NCBI GenBank assembly: GCA_002104945.1 | Contig: MCFH01000047.1 | Location: 384,338 to 448,337 of the forward strand | Origin: Piromyces finnis finn | Taxonomy: Eukaryota > Fungi > Neocallimastigomycota | Direction of reading: 5' to 3' | DNA length: 64,000 bases | Shown: one piece after another, positions 11,970-25,590 of the stretch | Layout: each line of letters starts with the position of its first letter | Position numbering within the stretch: position 1 is the stretch's first letter | Program-made: the position numbers and the translations under genes | The notes under the pieces: generated by a model | Told to the model about the DNA's origin: nothing | Seen by the model: the letters and a program-made list of their open reading frames with translations, nothing else | The model's database searches: none

Positions 11970-14730
11970 CTATTCTACTAAAATTCTTTCTTTTCTCTTT
12001 TTTATTTTACTCTTTTTCTTTTTTGATTTTTTCTTTAATTTTGAACTACTATGAACTTTTTTTATAGATATATTATCTGAATTTGAATTAAAGGAATCTA
12101 ATGATTCCATGGAATCTGTAACTTTAATATTTTTATTGGAAAGTTTTTTAATAGCTTTTTTGATCTTAAAAACATCTTTATTTTCTTTTTCCTTTATATA
12201 AAAATCATTACTACTATTATTAATAGAATTCCGACTTTTATTTGATCTCTTTTTATATTTTTTCTTTAATTTCTTTGGTTTTTTAGTTGTTACCGTTACA
12301 GTAGTTGATGCTGTTTTAAATAATATATCATCGGCGGTTTCATTATATATATTGTCATTCATTTCAAGTTGTTGTTCATCAAATTTTTTAAGTAATAACT
12401 TTTTTTCATAATCCATATCATCATGAGAAATATTTTTATTAAAAATATTATTTGTTCTGCTACTGTACGAAATACTTTCCGTTTCATCAGGATTAGAAAT
12501 TATTGTATCATCCTTCTCACTGTTATCAGATTTATATGTAATGCTAATTTTATAAATATTATTATATACATTATTTTGAGTGATAGTTTGAGGTGTTCGT
12601 AGGTTTTGTCGTTGTTCTTGAAGTAATCGGCTATAACTTCGTTTTAGTTGTATATCCTTTTCAAAATCTTGAATTTCTAAATTTTTATTAATGTTAAAAA
12701 TTGAATTTGTATTTGTTCTCGATGACCATTCCTTGGAATCTTGAGTAATATCATTACAACTGAAAGAACTGAAAGATTTATTATTGATTTTTTTTTCATG
12801 TTCCTGATTTAGAAATGATTTATCATTTTTATTTGAATGTCTTTTTAATAAGTATAGGTATTGACTTTCACTTTGAGTTTTCTTAAATTCGTGTTTATGT
12901 TTTTGTGCTTTTCGTTCCATCTCTTCACTTAAAACTTTGGAGAAAGAAAGTATTTTTATATTAGAATCAGATTTCTTTTTTGTAAAGTCATCCGTTTTAT
13001 TTTTTAATTGATTATTTTGACTTTCTTGTGAATAATTTAGGATGAAGCGATTATTAGATATATTGTTACTTTCATTATACGCTTTCATTGATTCTGTATT
13101 ATTTTCTTGACAATTTTGATTTTGTTTCTTATTTGAAATATCATTAAGATCGTATGGTTTATTATACATAATTTGATGAAAAATTCCTTTATAAAGAAAA
13201 AATTGAAAAAAATATATATATTATATATTATATATATGAAATTAGAATATTTTACATTATTTTTTTTTTGTTGTTGTTGTTCTATATAAAAAAAATCATA
13301 AATAAATAATCATCTTACTATCTTTATTTCTTATAGATTTAATTGGTTTATTATCTATTATATTTGTTTTTCTTTCATGATTGCTATTATCTTTATCGTT
13401 ATTTTTATTATCATTGACATTGTTATTCATAAATCTTGGTATATCAACAATAATTCTTTCATTACTATTATTTTTATTATGAGAACTATTATTAATTTTA
13501 TCTTTAGCTTCTTTCAATAACTTAATATTTTTAAAACCTTGACTATCTTCATTAAATCGTTTATTAGATAATAAATATTGAACTAAATCTTTAAATTTTG
13601 GTGTAATATATTCTCTACAGGTATACCGTAATAATTGTTCTGATTGTTCAATTGCCCATGACGTAACATTATCTAAATTTCTTAATGGAGAAGTAGCTAA
13701 TCTTGACCATTTTCCTATTATTATATAAAAAAATAATAATAAATTATATTTTAATATTAAATAAAAAGTTAATGATTGTTTTTTTAACTTTATTAGTTTT
13801 TTCCTATCATTAATAATAATAAATTATAATCTGTTATTTTCTGTTGAATATTATTATTATCATTATTATTAATTATTTTGGATAGATTATATACTACTAT
13901 TATAATCCGAGTTAATATATTTATAATTCATTTCTAAAATGGATGTTAATATGCCATGACCCATAGACATCATTGTGTTAATGGAATATGGTTTAATATA
14001 CGTATTTCTACTTAATGGGATTGGGGAAGAACAACTGGCGTCTTCTGAGGCTGTAATTTCATGAATATCTTTAGAGCAAAAATAGTTTGCTTCAATGGTA
14101 TATGCATGTTTTATTCCAAATTCTCTATACATTGTCACTCGACCACTACCAATTTTAGAATGTGGAATATAACTTTCTAAATTTTTATTTTCATTCTGAT
14201 ATGATTTGTCATTATTATTTGTTTTATTTATTTCTTCTTCTTTGGTAGAAAATTCATGATTCTCTGTACTATTATTATTATCTTCAATATTATTTACCGT
14301 TTCATCATAACTTTGACTTTTTGGATTTGATTTATTATCATCGATAGTATCTCTTTTTGATAAATTACTCAAGGGATTAATAACTTTGGAAAATAAGAGT
14401 GGTTTACTTTTATATAAATCCATGTTTTTATTAGAGAAATCACAATTTAAAATTGAAAAATGCTTATTATTGAGGGAACAAAGTTTAGCAAAAACATATG
14501 ATTGTGTTTGAGAAATAAAATCATTTAAAAATCGACTTGAGGATTCTGCATTCTCACCATAATTACTAAATGGATATTTGAAAAAATGATTACCAAATGT
14601 GAAATATCCAAATTTATTAGCATGGCCGTGAAAATCGATATAATATTCTATATCCGCAATTGTCGAAAGATAGTCAATGTATTTTTTAACAGCCCCTATT
14701 ATTTATAATTATAATGTATTTTAAAAAAAA

Positions 14731-14774
<44 letters not shown>

Positions 14775-16865
14775 GTATTAGTATTAGTATTAGTATTATT
14801 ATTATTATTATTATACGTATTCAATAATTAGTGATATATAAAATAAATAAAAATTAATTCATATTTTTTTAATTATATCTATTAAAATTAATATTACATA
14901 TTGTCGGATGAAGATTTTCATCAGGATTTTTATATACTCTATTTAAATTATATCCATTTTTATCTGTTCTGTTTTATTTATTAAAAAAAAAAAGTTTTTT
15001 TTTAATATTATAATCAAAAACTTTATTTAATTTATTTATTTATATTAATTACCTATAATTTCCTTCACTTTAAAAAATATTTTTAAATATAATAATAAAT
15101 TTTAAAAAAATATTAATTACAATATTTTAATTAGTAATATCATTATTATATTTTAATTTTAAAATTATATTATATGTGTTTTAAAAATAATAGTTTATTA
15201 ATATTTACATTACTCCCTCGGGATTTAGCATCGGTACAATTTTAAATACAAATTTATCTCTTAATAATTTCGCTCGAACATCGTTTTCTCTCATTAAGTA
15301 TTCAATAATCCCATCTACTATATAACTGGAAACTACTTCACCTGGATGTACTCTTGCACTTATAAAAATAATTTTTTTCTTTGATTGATTATACTGCAAT
15401 TTTTTATTACGAATTATTTCATCAATAGTTGATGCTGTTTGAACCTTACTGTAATTAAACATTTGAATCTTCTTTTCCATTTGATTTGGAAAGATGTTTT
15501 TAACATTGAGCTCTTCATATTCATCTCTAATCATAGATTTGGTTGATGAAATAGTTATTAAATCTAAATTTAGATTACTACCGGTACGAATTAATACTCG
15601 GTGATTAAAGTAAATATCGGTGTAATTAAATTTTAATTCACTATTATTTTCATCTTCTAATAAATGATCCCAAAAATATTTTGGATTAATCATTAATGAT
15701 TTTTTAGTTGAAGAATTCGAATGAATTAAAATATTCTTTATATAATTATTATAGTCTTTTTTCTGACTTTCATCATAATTTAATGAATTCACATTATCTT
15801 CATCATTATACTTTAAAAATTTTTGATAATCAGATTTTAGTGATACTATTTTTTGTTGTAAATCTGAATATGAATAAGGTATACAATATGCAAAATAGTA
15901 AGTTGTATCTTCTTTATTTTTTTATTTATTATTCAATATTATTTGATATATTAAAAAATATAATTCATTATTAGATTTCATCATTTTATATCTTCTTATG
16001 TTAATATAATTATATACTATATATATTGACATATAAATTTATTTTTCTACCATTATTTTGTGGAGGAATCGTGACTTCAAAAGTTACTTGTAAACCGGTA
16101 TCAACTTTTTCATATAATGGTGCTTTTGATATTTTTTTCCACTTTCTATTTTCCGAGGAACACCATACTGGTCTCAATCCAGCTATAAATAATCGAATAA
16201 CATTATTTAAATTCATTATTCTAAATTGAAGAATGGTCCAGTGACTCGATTCATTACCATTATTGTTATTATTATTATTATTATTTGATATTTTATTTTC
16301 TTTTTTATCTACTAATATTAATAATTATAATATTTTTTATAATATAATTTAGTTTTCATCTTAAAAAAATAATTAGCCTTTTATTAAATTAATTTCCATA
16401 AATACCTTCTTGAAATAATAAATTATTATCTGAATTAATCGAGGCTAATGATAAATCGAGAACGCTTAATGAATCATTTTTTTTTCTGTCTTTAATAATT
16501 TTCGACTTTGTTGAGTTATTCATCACAGGAGAACATTCTTTTACAGAAAAGTAAAACCATGTCCTATTTTTTACATTTACTCCAGAATCATAGGCATCGG
16601 GTTTAGTCCAAAGACAATATCTTTTAACATGTGCATATTCTGATTTACTATATAGTTCTTTTTTATGTAAATTAATGTGATCTTGTATTGATAGAGTTCT
16701 AACTCTTGTATCTTTAATTGATGCTATTATATCTTGAAATTCATGCTTATTTAATAATTTAGAATCATTGACTATAGGTTGAAATTCTTCAACTTCTATT
16801 ACTTTATGTAAATTTCCATTATCAAAATTTGAATCAAATATAAAATTTCCTACAAGCTCTTTCAT
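11970..16865 (-). CDS. Cytosolic carboxypeptidase (M14D), CCP5/AGBL5-like tubulin deglutamylase, multi-exon
   Basis: FDSNFDNGNL, RTWFYFSV, IMNLNNVIRLFIAGLRPV, ISARVHPGEVVSS (Zn-binding HxxE), [37 protein letters not shown] and SGRVTMYREFGIKHAYTIEANY occur in the expected order. Long Asn/Lys-rich C-terminal tail; the 3' end is less certain. Confidence 0.88.
14733..14812. repeat. (ATT)n/(AGTATT)n compound microsatellite in an intron
   Basis: Visible trinucleotide run with AGT interruptions. Confidence 0.85.
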
Positions 16866-17361
16866 ACTTTCCTAATATTATTTGATTAAAAGTTTTCTTG
16901 CTCTTTAATTTTTTTTTCTTTTTTGATTCATTCCATATTTTCAAAATAATAAAAGTTTTTTTTTTTTTTTTTTTTTTTTATATTTTATTTTAATCAGTAA
17001 AATTTTAAAGTTTATTTTTTTAATACGATAGCTAAATTCAAATAAAGTCAACTATTATATAATAGTAAAAAAAATGTATATAATAATAATAATAATGTAT
17101 TAAATAAATACATTTTGTTATATATTTAAAAAATTAAACTTTTTATGATTTCAATAGACATATATATATATATCATTATTATATTTTTTTTATTTTTTTT
17201 TTTTATAATTTGTAACATTTCATTTTTATTTTATATACATATTTTTTTGAGACATAATTTAAAATAATCAATTTCATATATTTAGTCTTTAAACGGCGGT
17301 ATATTATTTTATTTAAATACTTAATTTAAATTATTTCAATCATAAGAAAAAAATGATATTA

Positions 17362-17392
<31 letters not shown>

Positions 17393-17542
17393 TGTATATA
17401 TTATTGGTATCTTATTTGTTATCAAATTTTCTTGATATTTGTATATTCACTAAATTGGCTTCACTTTTCTTTCTTTCATTACCTTTATTGCAATATAGAA
17501 TAAAAAATTAAATAATATTAATAATTTATATAAATTAATCAA

Positions 17543-17945
17543 TTAAATATTTATAGTAATTATCCAACTTCTATTTAATATTACCGGTTGTGACAACGGT
17601 TTATGATCTGGTTTACTTTTGAATCTATTTATTATTGGTATTACACTACTTTGAGAACTAAAATTACTCTCTATATCTTTAATTTCATCTAATTCATGAT
17701 AATTAAGATGATGAAAGACTAAATCAGCTCGTACATTTCCCATAACTGGAGCAACTTTGCTTTGCTTTTTCAATCCTGTATAAGTGAAAAATTGAACAGG
17801 GCTGTTTTTTTGAAATACACCTTTTCTTTGATTTGACTTTATATTATTAATTTCAATGGCATGTTTCAAAGCATCTGTATTAATTTTAATATAATATAGT
17901 TAGCATGATTAAATATTTAATTAATATATACTATATATAATTATC

Positions 17946-17980
<35 letters not shown>

Positions 17981-20900
17981 TACCTAATGCTTTTGCAATA
18001 GTATCATTTGATTGATCTTTTTTATTAAGTTTATCAATGTTTTTTTTTTCTATAGGAACATTATTAAAAAAAATATTGATATTTTGTTATTACAAATAGT
18101 ATATATATATGTGTGTGTGTATTTTTTTTTGTTTTGTTTTGTTTTTGTTTTACCTTCAGAATTAACAGATTTTCTTAATTTATTAAGATGTTCTTTAATT
18201 ACTATGATAAATAAGTCGGGTTAAATTATATATTAGAACACTATTTTATATTATATAATTATATAATTATTTAATTCGTACATGACCAATTTTTATCTGC
18301 TTTTTCCTTCAGTTTGATTCTATTAATATAATCTGTATTTTTTTCATTTTCCTTTTTCATGCAATCGATTAAGTATTGTTGATATACATCGTCAGGCAGT
18401 TTTGAATAAGTTTCTGGATCTTCAATATCCCATGGATCATCTTGTCCAAATGTTCCAATAAAATCACCTTCATATAAATTAAAATTAATAATTCATAATT
18501 TTTTTATCTAATATTCATTTATACATATATAAAATCTTATTTATTACCATCTAATGTCCAAAGTCTTACAGAGCAATCTTTTGATGAAGTTAAGATAATG
18601 TTTTGAGAATCAATACTACTAACACTAATAATTATTATTATTTTCATAATTATTATATATATAATTATAATTATGATAGAAAAAGAAATATAAATAAAAA
18701 ATGAAATATATATATATATATATATTTATTTATAAAATATAAAATAATCTATTACCTAGTAATTGCTGCTATATGAGCTCTAAATATTTTTCTTAATTTA
18801 AAGGTATTTTCATTAATATCTTTTAAGTTATCCAAAGTAGGAAATACATCATATATCTTTATAATTCATATGTTTTAATGTAATAAAATTAGAATTCTGT
18901 AAACAATCCTAAATTTATATTTTTTATAATTACCATAATATTTCCATCAGATGTTCCAATAAATAATAATGTAAGATCATGATTTAAAAACATATCACAT
19001 ATACCTTCTTGTTGTAACGGTTTGCATTCCAACTAATGGATATATATATAAATATTAGTAATCATGAAAATTCATGTTATTGTGAAATATTATTCCTATA
19101 ATGTTTTTATTTATTTACTTCATAGATTAATGTCCCTAATTGTATATCCCAGCATCTTATATGGCCATCAGAATGGCAAGATAATAATGGGACTTTTCCT
19201 TTAGAATATGGCCTTCCATTTGATGGATAGAAAAATCTAATCTATAATTATTTATTATTCATTAAATTATTATTTAATTTAATAAATAATTACAATTTAT
19301 ATAAAGATAATTATATAACTAGTTTTAGAGTTATAACAAACTTTTTCAATTGATTTTTCATCTATTGGCCTTAATTCAATTAATGGATCAACTAGTGAAA
19401 GCTTCATAAATCCTGACTCTAAATTCCATATTACAATAATTCCATCAACACTACTTGTTGCTAGAATATTTGGTTCATAAAATGCTATTGATGTAATATC
19501 TTCTTGATGTCTATAATTTTAAAAAAATATTAACTAATAATATAAATATTTATGTATCAAATCATTATTTTTAAAAATGATTATTCAAATACCCTCTTTC
19601 TGAATATAACACTCTTGTTGGCCATGATTCAAAATGATCAGGATCATCAATATATACTGTAATTTTTCTATCCCATCCAGTACAAATAACATATTTATTT
19701 GAACCCATTTCAATAAAATCAACAGCTGTTACTTCTAAACTATTATCTTTATATAATATTCTTAATAATTGACCATTATTGAAATTCCACATCTTATTTA
19801 TTTTTTATATTAAATTAATAATTAATATCTAATAAATAAAAACTTTAGTTTTTAAATTAATTTTATAAATTTCTTTACTTTTATAACACCATCTCTTCCA
19901 CCAGTAATTAATCTTCTACCAGAATTATCAAATGAAAAGGCAGTTACTTCAAGGTCCTTATGAAATTAATAATAATATCAATGTAATTAAAATCTTAAAA
20001 AATTTTGTTATAAATTAATACATTAAAAATTTAGTATATAATTACCCCATGTGCTTTATTATATTGGAATACTTTTTCTCCAGAATAATACGCCCAAGTA
20101 CTTATGGTACCATTTTGACTTCCTGTAACCACCTATATAAGAATAAATAATAAATAAATTTTTTTGTATATTTTATGAAAAAAAAATATTTGAAACATAC
20201 TTGATAAAAGTTTTCATTGAACATTGCAGCAACAACTTGGGTATTATATGTTCTAACAATTGCCTTTTTTTGGAATAAATATAACTTTTATAACAATATA
20301 TGATAATAAATATTTATTTAATTACTAATAACAATAAGATTTTATTGAAATATTGAAATTTTAACAGAAAAAAAAAAACATACTGGATAAACATAAAAGT
20401 TATTATATCCATTCACTAATTGTTTATTTGTTGAATCATAAAATAAGCATGGAAAACAACAATCTTCTTTATACGTTACACATTGCTGAAATGTTTGTAA
20501 ACATGCAAATGTTGAAATATTCCATACTTTATATGTCTATATTATTTTTAATTATATTAATAAAATTTAAAACATAATTTCATAAATATATTATTATTGC
20601 TTTAATATATATTTTCAACATACTCCATCGTCTGACAAGCTAATAATATGACCTTCTCTTTCATTTACTATTAAATTGACAATTCCACTTGTATGACCTT
20701 GTAAACTTGCTGCAGGTTTTGATAATATATATGGATTCCATAAACGACTTTTTTTATTGTATGTTATATTTTAATAGAAACAGTATTTATATATTTAATT
20801 GATGATTTATAAAATATATAAATAAAATGAATTAATAATAAATAATATTATAGGATTTGTTAAACATATTAATATATATTAATTGATTTCACTTAAAAAT

Positions 20901-22955
20901 TACATAATTTTATCTCCTCCTCCAGTAACTAAAAAACATGGTCTTCTAACCAAAGTAAAACACCTAATACCTTTGGGAATATGGATTGACCGTATTGGCT
21001 TCCTTTCAATATCAGTTATTACTAAAGATTTATTACTATCACTTGAACATGTTACAAATGAATTTAATTCAGAGTAATATTGAATATCATGAATCCAACT
21101 ATTATGAACTCTTTTCTAAAAATATAAATATATATTTTATACCAAATTAATGGATTTGATTTAATTAATATTACTTTACTGAAGTACTATTATAATTATG
21201 TATTCTAATGATGATATTTACTTTAAAGATTTGAATTTGGCCTATTTCACTTTTTTTATTTAATTTTGAGTTGATGCTCCAAACACCAAATGCATTACTT
21301 GATGATAATATCTTTTTATTAATATATATAAAATTCATATATCCTTGATCATCACCAACCAATAATAAATCATAATCCTCATTGAAATTTGCTAATAAAA
21401 TATAATATATTTATAATTAAATAAAAAATATAAATTAGACAACAAATAAAAAAAATCAGTTTAATGATTTTAATCTTAATACCAGTAAATGAAACACATA
21501 ATGGATTATTATCAAAAGGTCCAAATGAAATAAGTAATCTTGGCTTTATTGCTAAAATATCAAATATAGTAACACTTATATATAACAACAAATGATTATA
21601 ATAATAAATAATAAAGGCGTGTAATTAAAAAATATATATATAATTTGTATTTTACAATCTATTATCAGATGAAACAACTAATCTGTTATATTCTTGCATA
21701 TATGCAGCATCAGTAATCCAAAAATGTGTTGTGTCATAGGTTAATGATGAAAGCTCTAATATATTAATTGATCTTTGAAGATTAAAATTTAAACCCCATA
21801 TATTAGCTACACCATCACGACTATTATTATTTATAATTTAGTTATATATTAAGTATATTGTAAATTAAGTAAGATTAATGTCCACTTTATTTCTTATTAT
21901 TGAAAAAGACTAAAAATTATATATATATACCCCACCTTATTGATAAATATTTTCTTTCTTTAATTGTATAAAAAACTTTAACAACAATGCTTTTATGTAA
22001 ACTAAGATATGTTTTTTTGTTTTTTTCATCAAATATCATCATCTAATGTTGTAGTAGCGATAAGTTGTAATATAAGATTATATAAATATACATCATAAAA
22101 TAATGAATAATAAATTATTATATATATATATATATATATAATTTATTATTAAAATTACATTTGAAGAATCATCCTTTTCTAATGCTCCGCTCATCATATA
22201 TGACGAAAATTCATCCCATGACATATTACCATCTGTATTTGCATCAATTTTCATGAAAAGCATAGTCATTTGTTCAGTACTTAATGCACCATTTAAAATT
22301 TCACCGAAAACTTCCAAAAACTATAATTTGTAATAAATATTTGTTTTTTCGTTATTTTTTTTTTTTTTTTAATATTTCTACATGAATAAATATTTTAATT
22401 TTTTATTTTATTTAATATAAACATATAATCAACAAAATATACTTTATCCATTGTAAAACCTGTACTTCCATCTTCGTTTCTATGTTCTTGCAGTTTTTCC
22501 ATAAGCATTTCAAAATGATGAATATTCATATACTGTTGAATATCTCTATCACATATATGTTATATTTATCACTTTATCATTAGTCATTTAATTAATACTT
22601 TTATTAGCATATTAAATTATATTATTATTATTATTCATTATTCATTATTCATGAATGAAATACTCTACTCGTTTAATTTTGCTCCTTTATTTTTTTTCTT
22701 TTTAGGTTTTTCTTCTTCATTAATTTCATCCTCTTTTATGTCATCTTCATGTTTTTCTATACTATTTGAAGAAGAAGAAACTTTTTGCGAAGTCTCATCT
22801 TTTTCTTCAACTTCATCATCAATACCATTCATTTTATCTTTTATTTATAATTTTATATATTATATAAGTTAACTAAGCATTAACACAGAGAAAATATCAT
22901 GTTTAGAAAATATATATATATATATTTTATAAATACTTGTGTCATCTATTTCCAT
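17543..22955 (-). CDS. EF-hand + WD40 repeat protein, WDR49(CFAP337)/WDR64-like, many exons
   Basis: N-terminal EF-hand-like LFMKIDANTDGNMSWDEFSSYM. WD exons such as ITGGRDGVIK, MWNFNNGQLLRIL, VICTGWDRKITVY and LTSSKDCSVRLWTL. The start at 22955 (MEIDDT) is inferred from in-frame splicing. Confidence 0.72.
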
Positions 22956-23655
22956 TTTTTTTATATATATTTTATTTTACTTGTATTTTGTAATGAATCT
23001 TGTTTTTGAGTTAAATATATTTAATTTTTATTATTTCCACTTTTATAATAATTATTATTGCTTGTATTATTGCTATTAATTTAGTATATAAAAGGTATAT
23101 AAAACTAGTTTTGAATATGAACTTTACATTTCAAAATTTTAAATCTTTCCAAAAAAAAAAATATTTATATTTACCAATATAAATTTATTGTTTATATGTT
23201 ATAATATACTCTAATTTATATGTATCATATATTATTATATAGTTTAATATATTAGATTTAAATAAATTTTTCAATTGCATAAAGTTTTAAAAAACTTTTT
23301 CTAAATAATAATTTAATGTCAAAAAAAAAATAGTTTTATTGAAATGAAATTTTAATTTTCTAATAAAAAATTTTATTTTTAAATATTGATAAACTAAAAA
23401 GAGAACAAAAAGAAAATTAAAAAAGAAATAAATTTTCTTTATACTTTAATAAATACAATTAAATCGTGTTTTAAATAAGTATTATTAATTGATTAAATAA
23501 TTAATTAATAATTATTATAATAATAAGAATTACTAGATAATTTAATAAATAAATTTCCATTTTATTTTTTAATCTAAAGCGCTATATATGTTATAAAAAT
23601 GAATTGAAAAAAAAAAAAAAGTTTTAATTTTTTCTTAATTCTATTAATCCTAATT

Positions 23656-25590
23656 TTACATTCTTCTCTTAATTCTTGGAAGTTTTAATGGGGCCTTTAA
23701 GATAGCATATTTATGAACAGCATTGTCAGTTAAACCTAATTCAGCCTTTTGAGCTTTAGTTAAAGTTTCTATTGAACAACCAACAGATGAGCATATAGTA
23801 GTTAATTTACCAACAGAAATCTTAATATCTTTACTTAATAAAGTAACATTAATCTTGAAATTGCTGACCATTAATAATAAAATAATGGCATAAGATAATA
23901 TTCTATCTTGTTCCTTATCTGGAATCTTATAACTTTATAATTTATTAAATGGAAGATAATTTTATATATTATTAAAATGTTATCATATTATTTTTATTTT
24001 ATTTTTTTTTTAAAAAAAATAAAATAAAATATATATTTAAAATAATGCATTATTTGTTAAACCCAATACTTACGTAGTTCTTCCATTACTTGTAGTTCCT
24101 TGATTATCACAGTATCTATTTAAAAGTCCATCAACAATTGCAATTGATGAACCAACAAAAGTCTTTTTCATAAAGGAACTCTTATTTAATTGATGTTCAC
24201 GACAAGTTCTTAAACGAAGTAAATAAGCAGCATATAAAAGTTTGCGTAATTGAATAAGATCCTTCTTTTCTTGTTTTAAACAAGAATCAATTAAAGTATA
24301 TAATACTGAATCAGTTTTAACACTAAGTAATTTAAGCATTTAAGAATAATATGAATACAAATAATTAATAATTACATATAAAAAAATTAAAAAAAAAAAA
24401 AAAACTTGATTTAGTAAATCTAATAAAATATTAATATGTCAATACTATTATTATATTTTATTTATTTTTATAATTACCGTAATGGTGATAAATAAGTTTC
24501 GATATCTTTTTGAGTTTTGGTTTTGGTTAATTCATCAATAGAAATAGTCTTTAATTCATATGATGGAACGATATCTTCAATGTTATATATTTCTTCAATG
24601 TTTAATGTTTCAGAATTATATGGTGGTATAAGACGATCTTCTTCTTGAGCCTTTTCAAGTTCATCTATTTTTATAAAGATTTTTAATTTTCAAAATCCTT
24701 TACGATGTAATAAATTAAAAAAAAAAATAAAATATATTACCTTTAGATGGAATAATAGATGACTTTTCTTCAATAGTATTATGAATATGTGAAACTACAT
24801 CTGATAAAGATTCAACCTTAACTCTATTTCTTTCAATATTTCTAATCTTTTGCTTAATCTTTTTAGTACCGAATGTTTGACCAAGTTCATTTCTAGCTGC
24901 TAAACTCTATATTTATAATAAAGATTTGTTGATTATTACATTATTTATATTATGAATATAATTTGTTATTTTTTATATTAACCTTTTCTAACTTGAATTT
25001 TGGTAATTTTAATGATTCAATTGATTTAACTTTTCTAGTAACATTGTAAAATGGTGCACTACGTAAAGTAACTGTATTATCATCTTTATTATAAACACCA
25101 ACAATATACCTTTATTATTATTAATATTGTTTTTATTATTGTTATTGTTATTGTTATAGTGATATAATAATATTTTATAAGTATTTTTATCGAGAAAATA
25201 TATATATAATCTTAATTGTAAATATATTTAGAATTTATTACTTGCAAATTTCATTATTAGAATCAAGACTTTCTCCTTCAAATCTAATAGCTGAATTTTC
25301 ACCAATTAATATTTTTCTGTGCTTATTAACTTTATCTGAAGAAGCATATACACTAAATTCAGTTTCTTCGGTTGGTTTAACTCCATGAAAAGAAGCTTTT
25401 ATTTAATAAATAATTATTTATGCATTTAAATAATATTGTATTTATATTATTAGAATATAAATTAAATTTCAAATTTATATATATATATATTGTTTTACTA
25501 TTTTATTTGCATAAATTAATTATTACCAACATATGGAGCATTTAATTGATTCTTATCTAAAACTAAAGAAATCTTTCTTTTGTTTGACAT
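23656..25590 (-). CDS. RPA49: RNA polymerase I subunit A49 (Rpa49/POLR1E)
   Basis: Spliced exons give KYIVGVYNKDDNTVTL, ARNELGQTFGTKKIKQKIRNIERNRV, DRLIPPYNSETLNIEEIYNIEDIVP and a C-terminal AILKAPLKLPRIKRR, matching the A49 family pattern. Confidence 0.85.
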
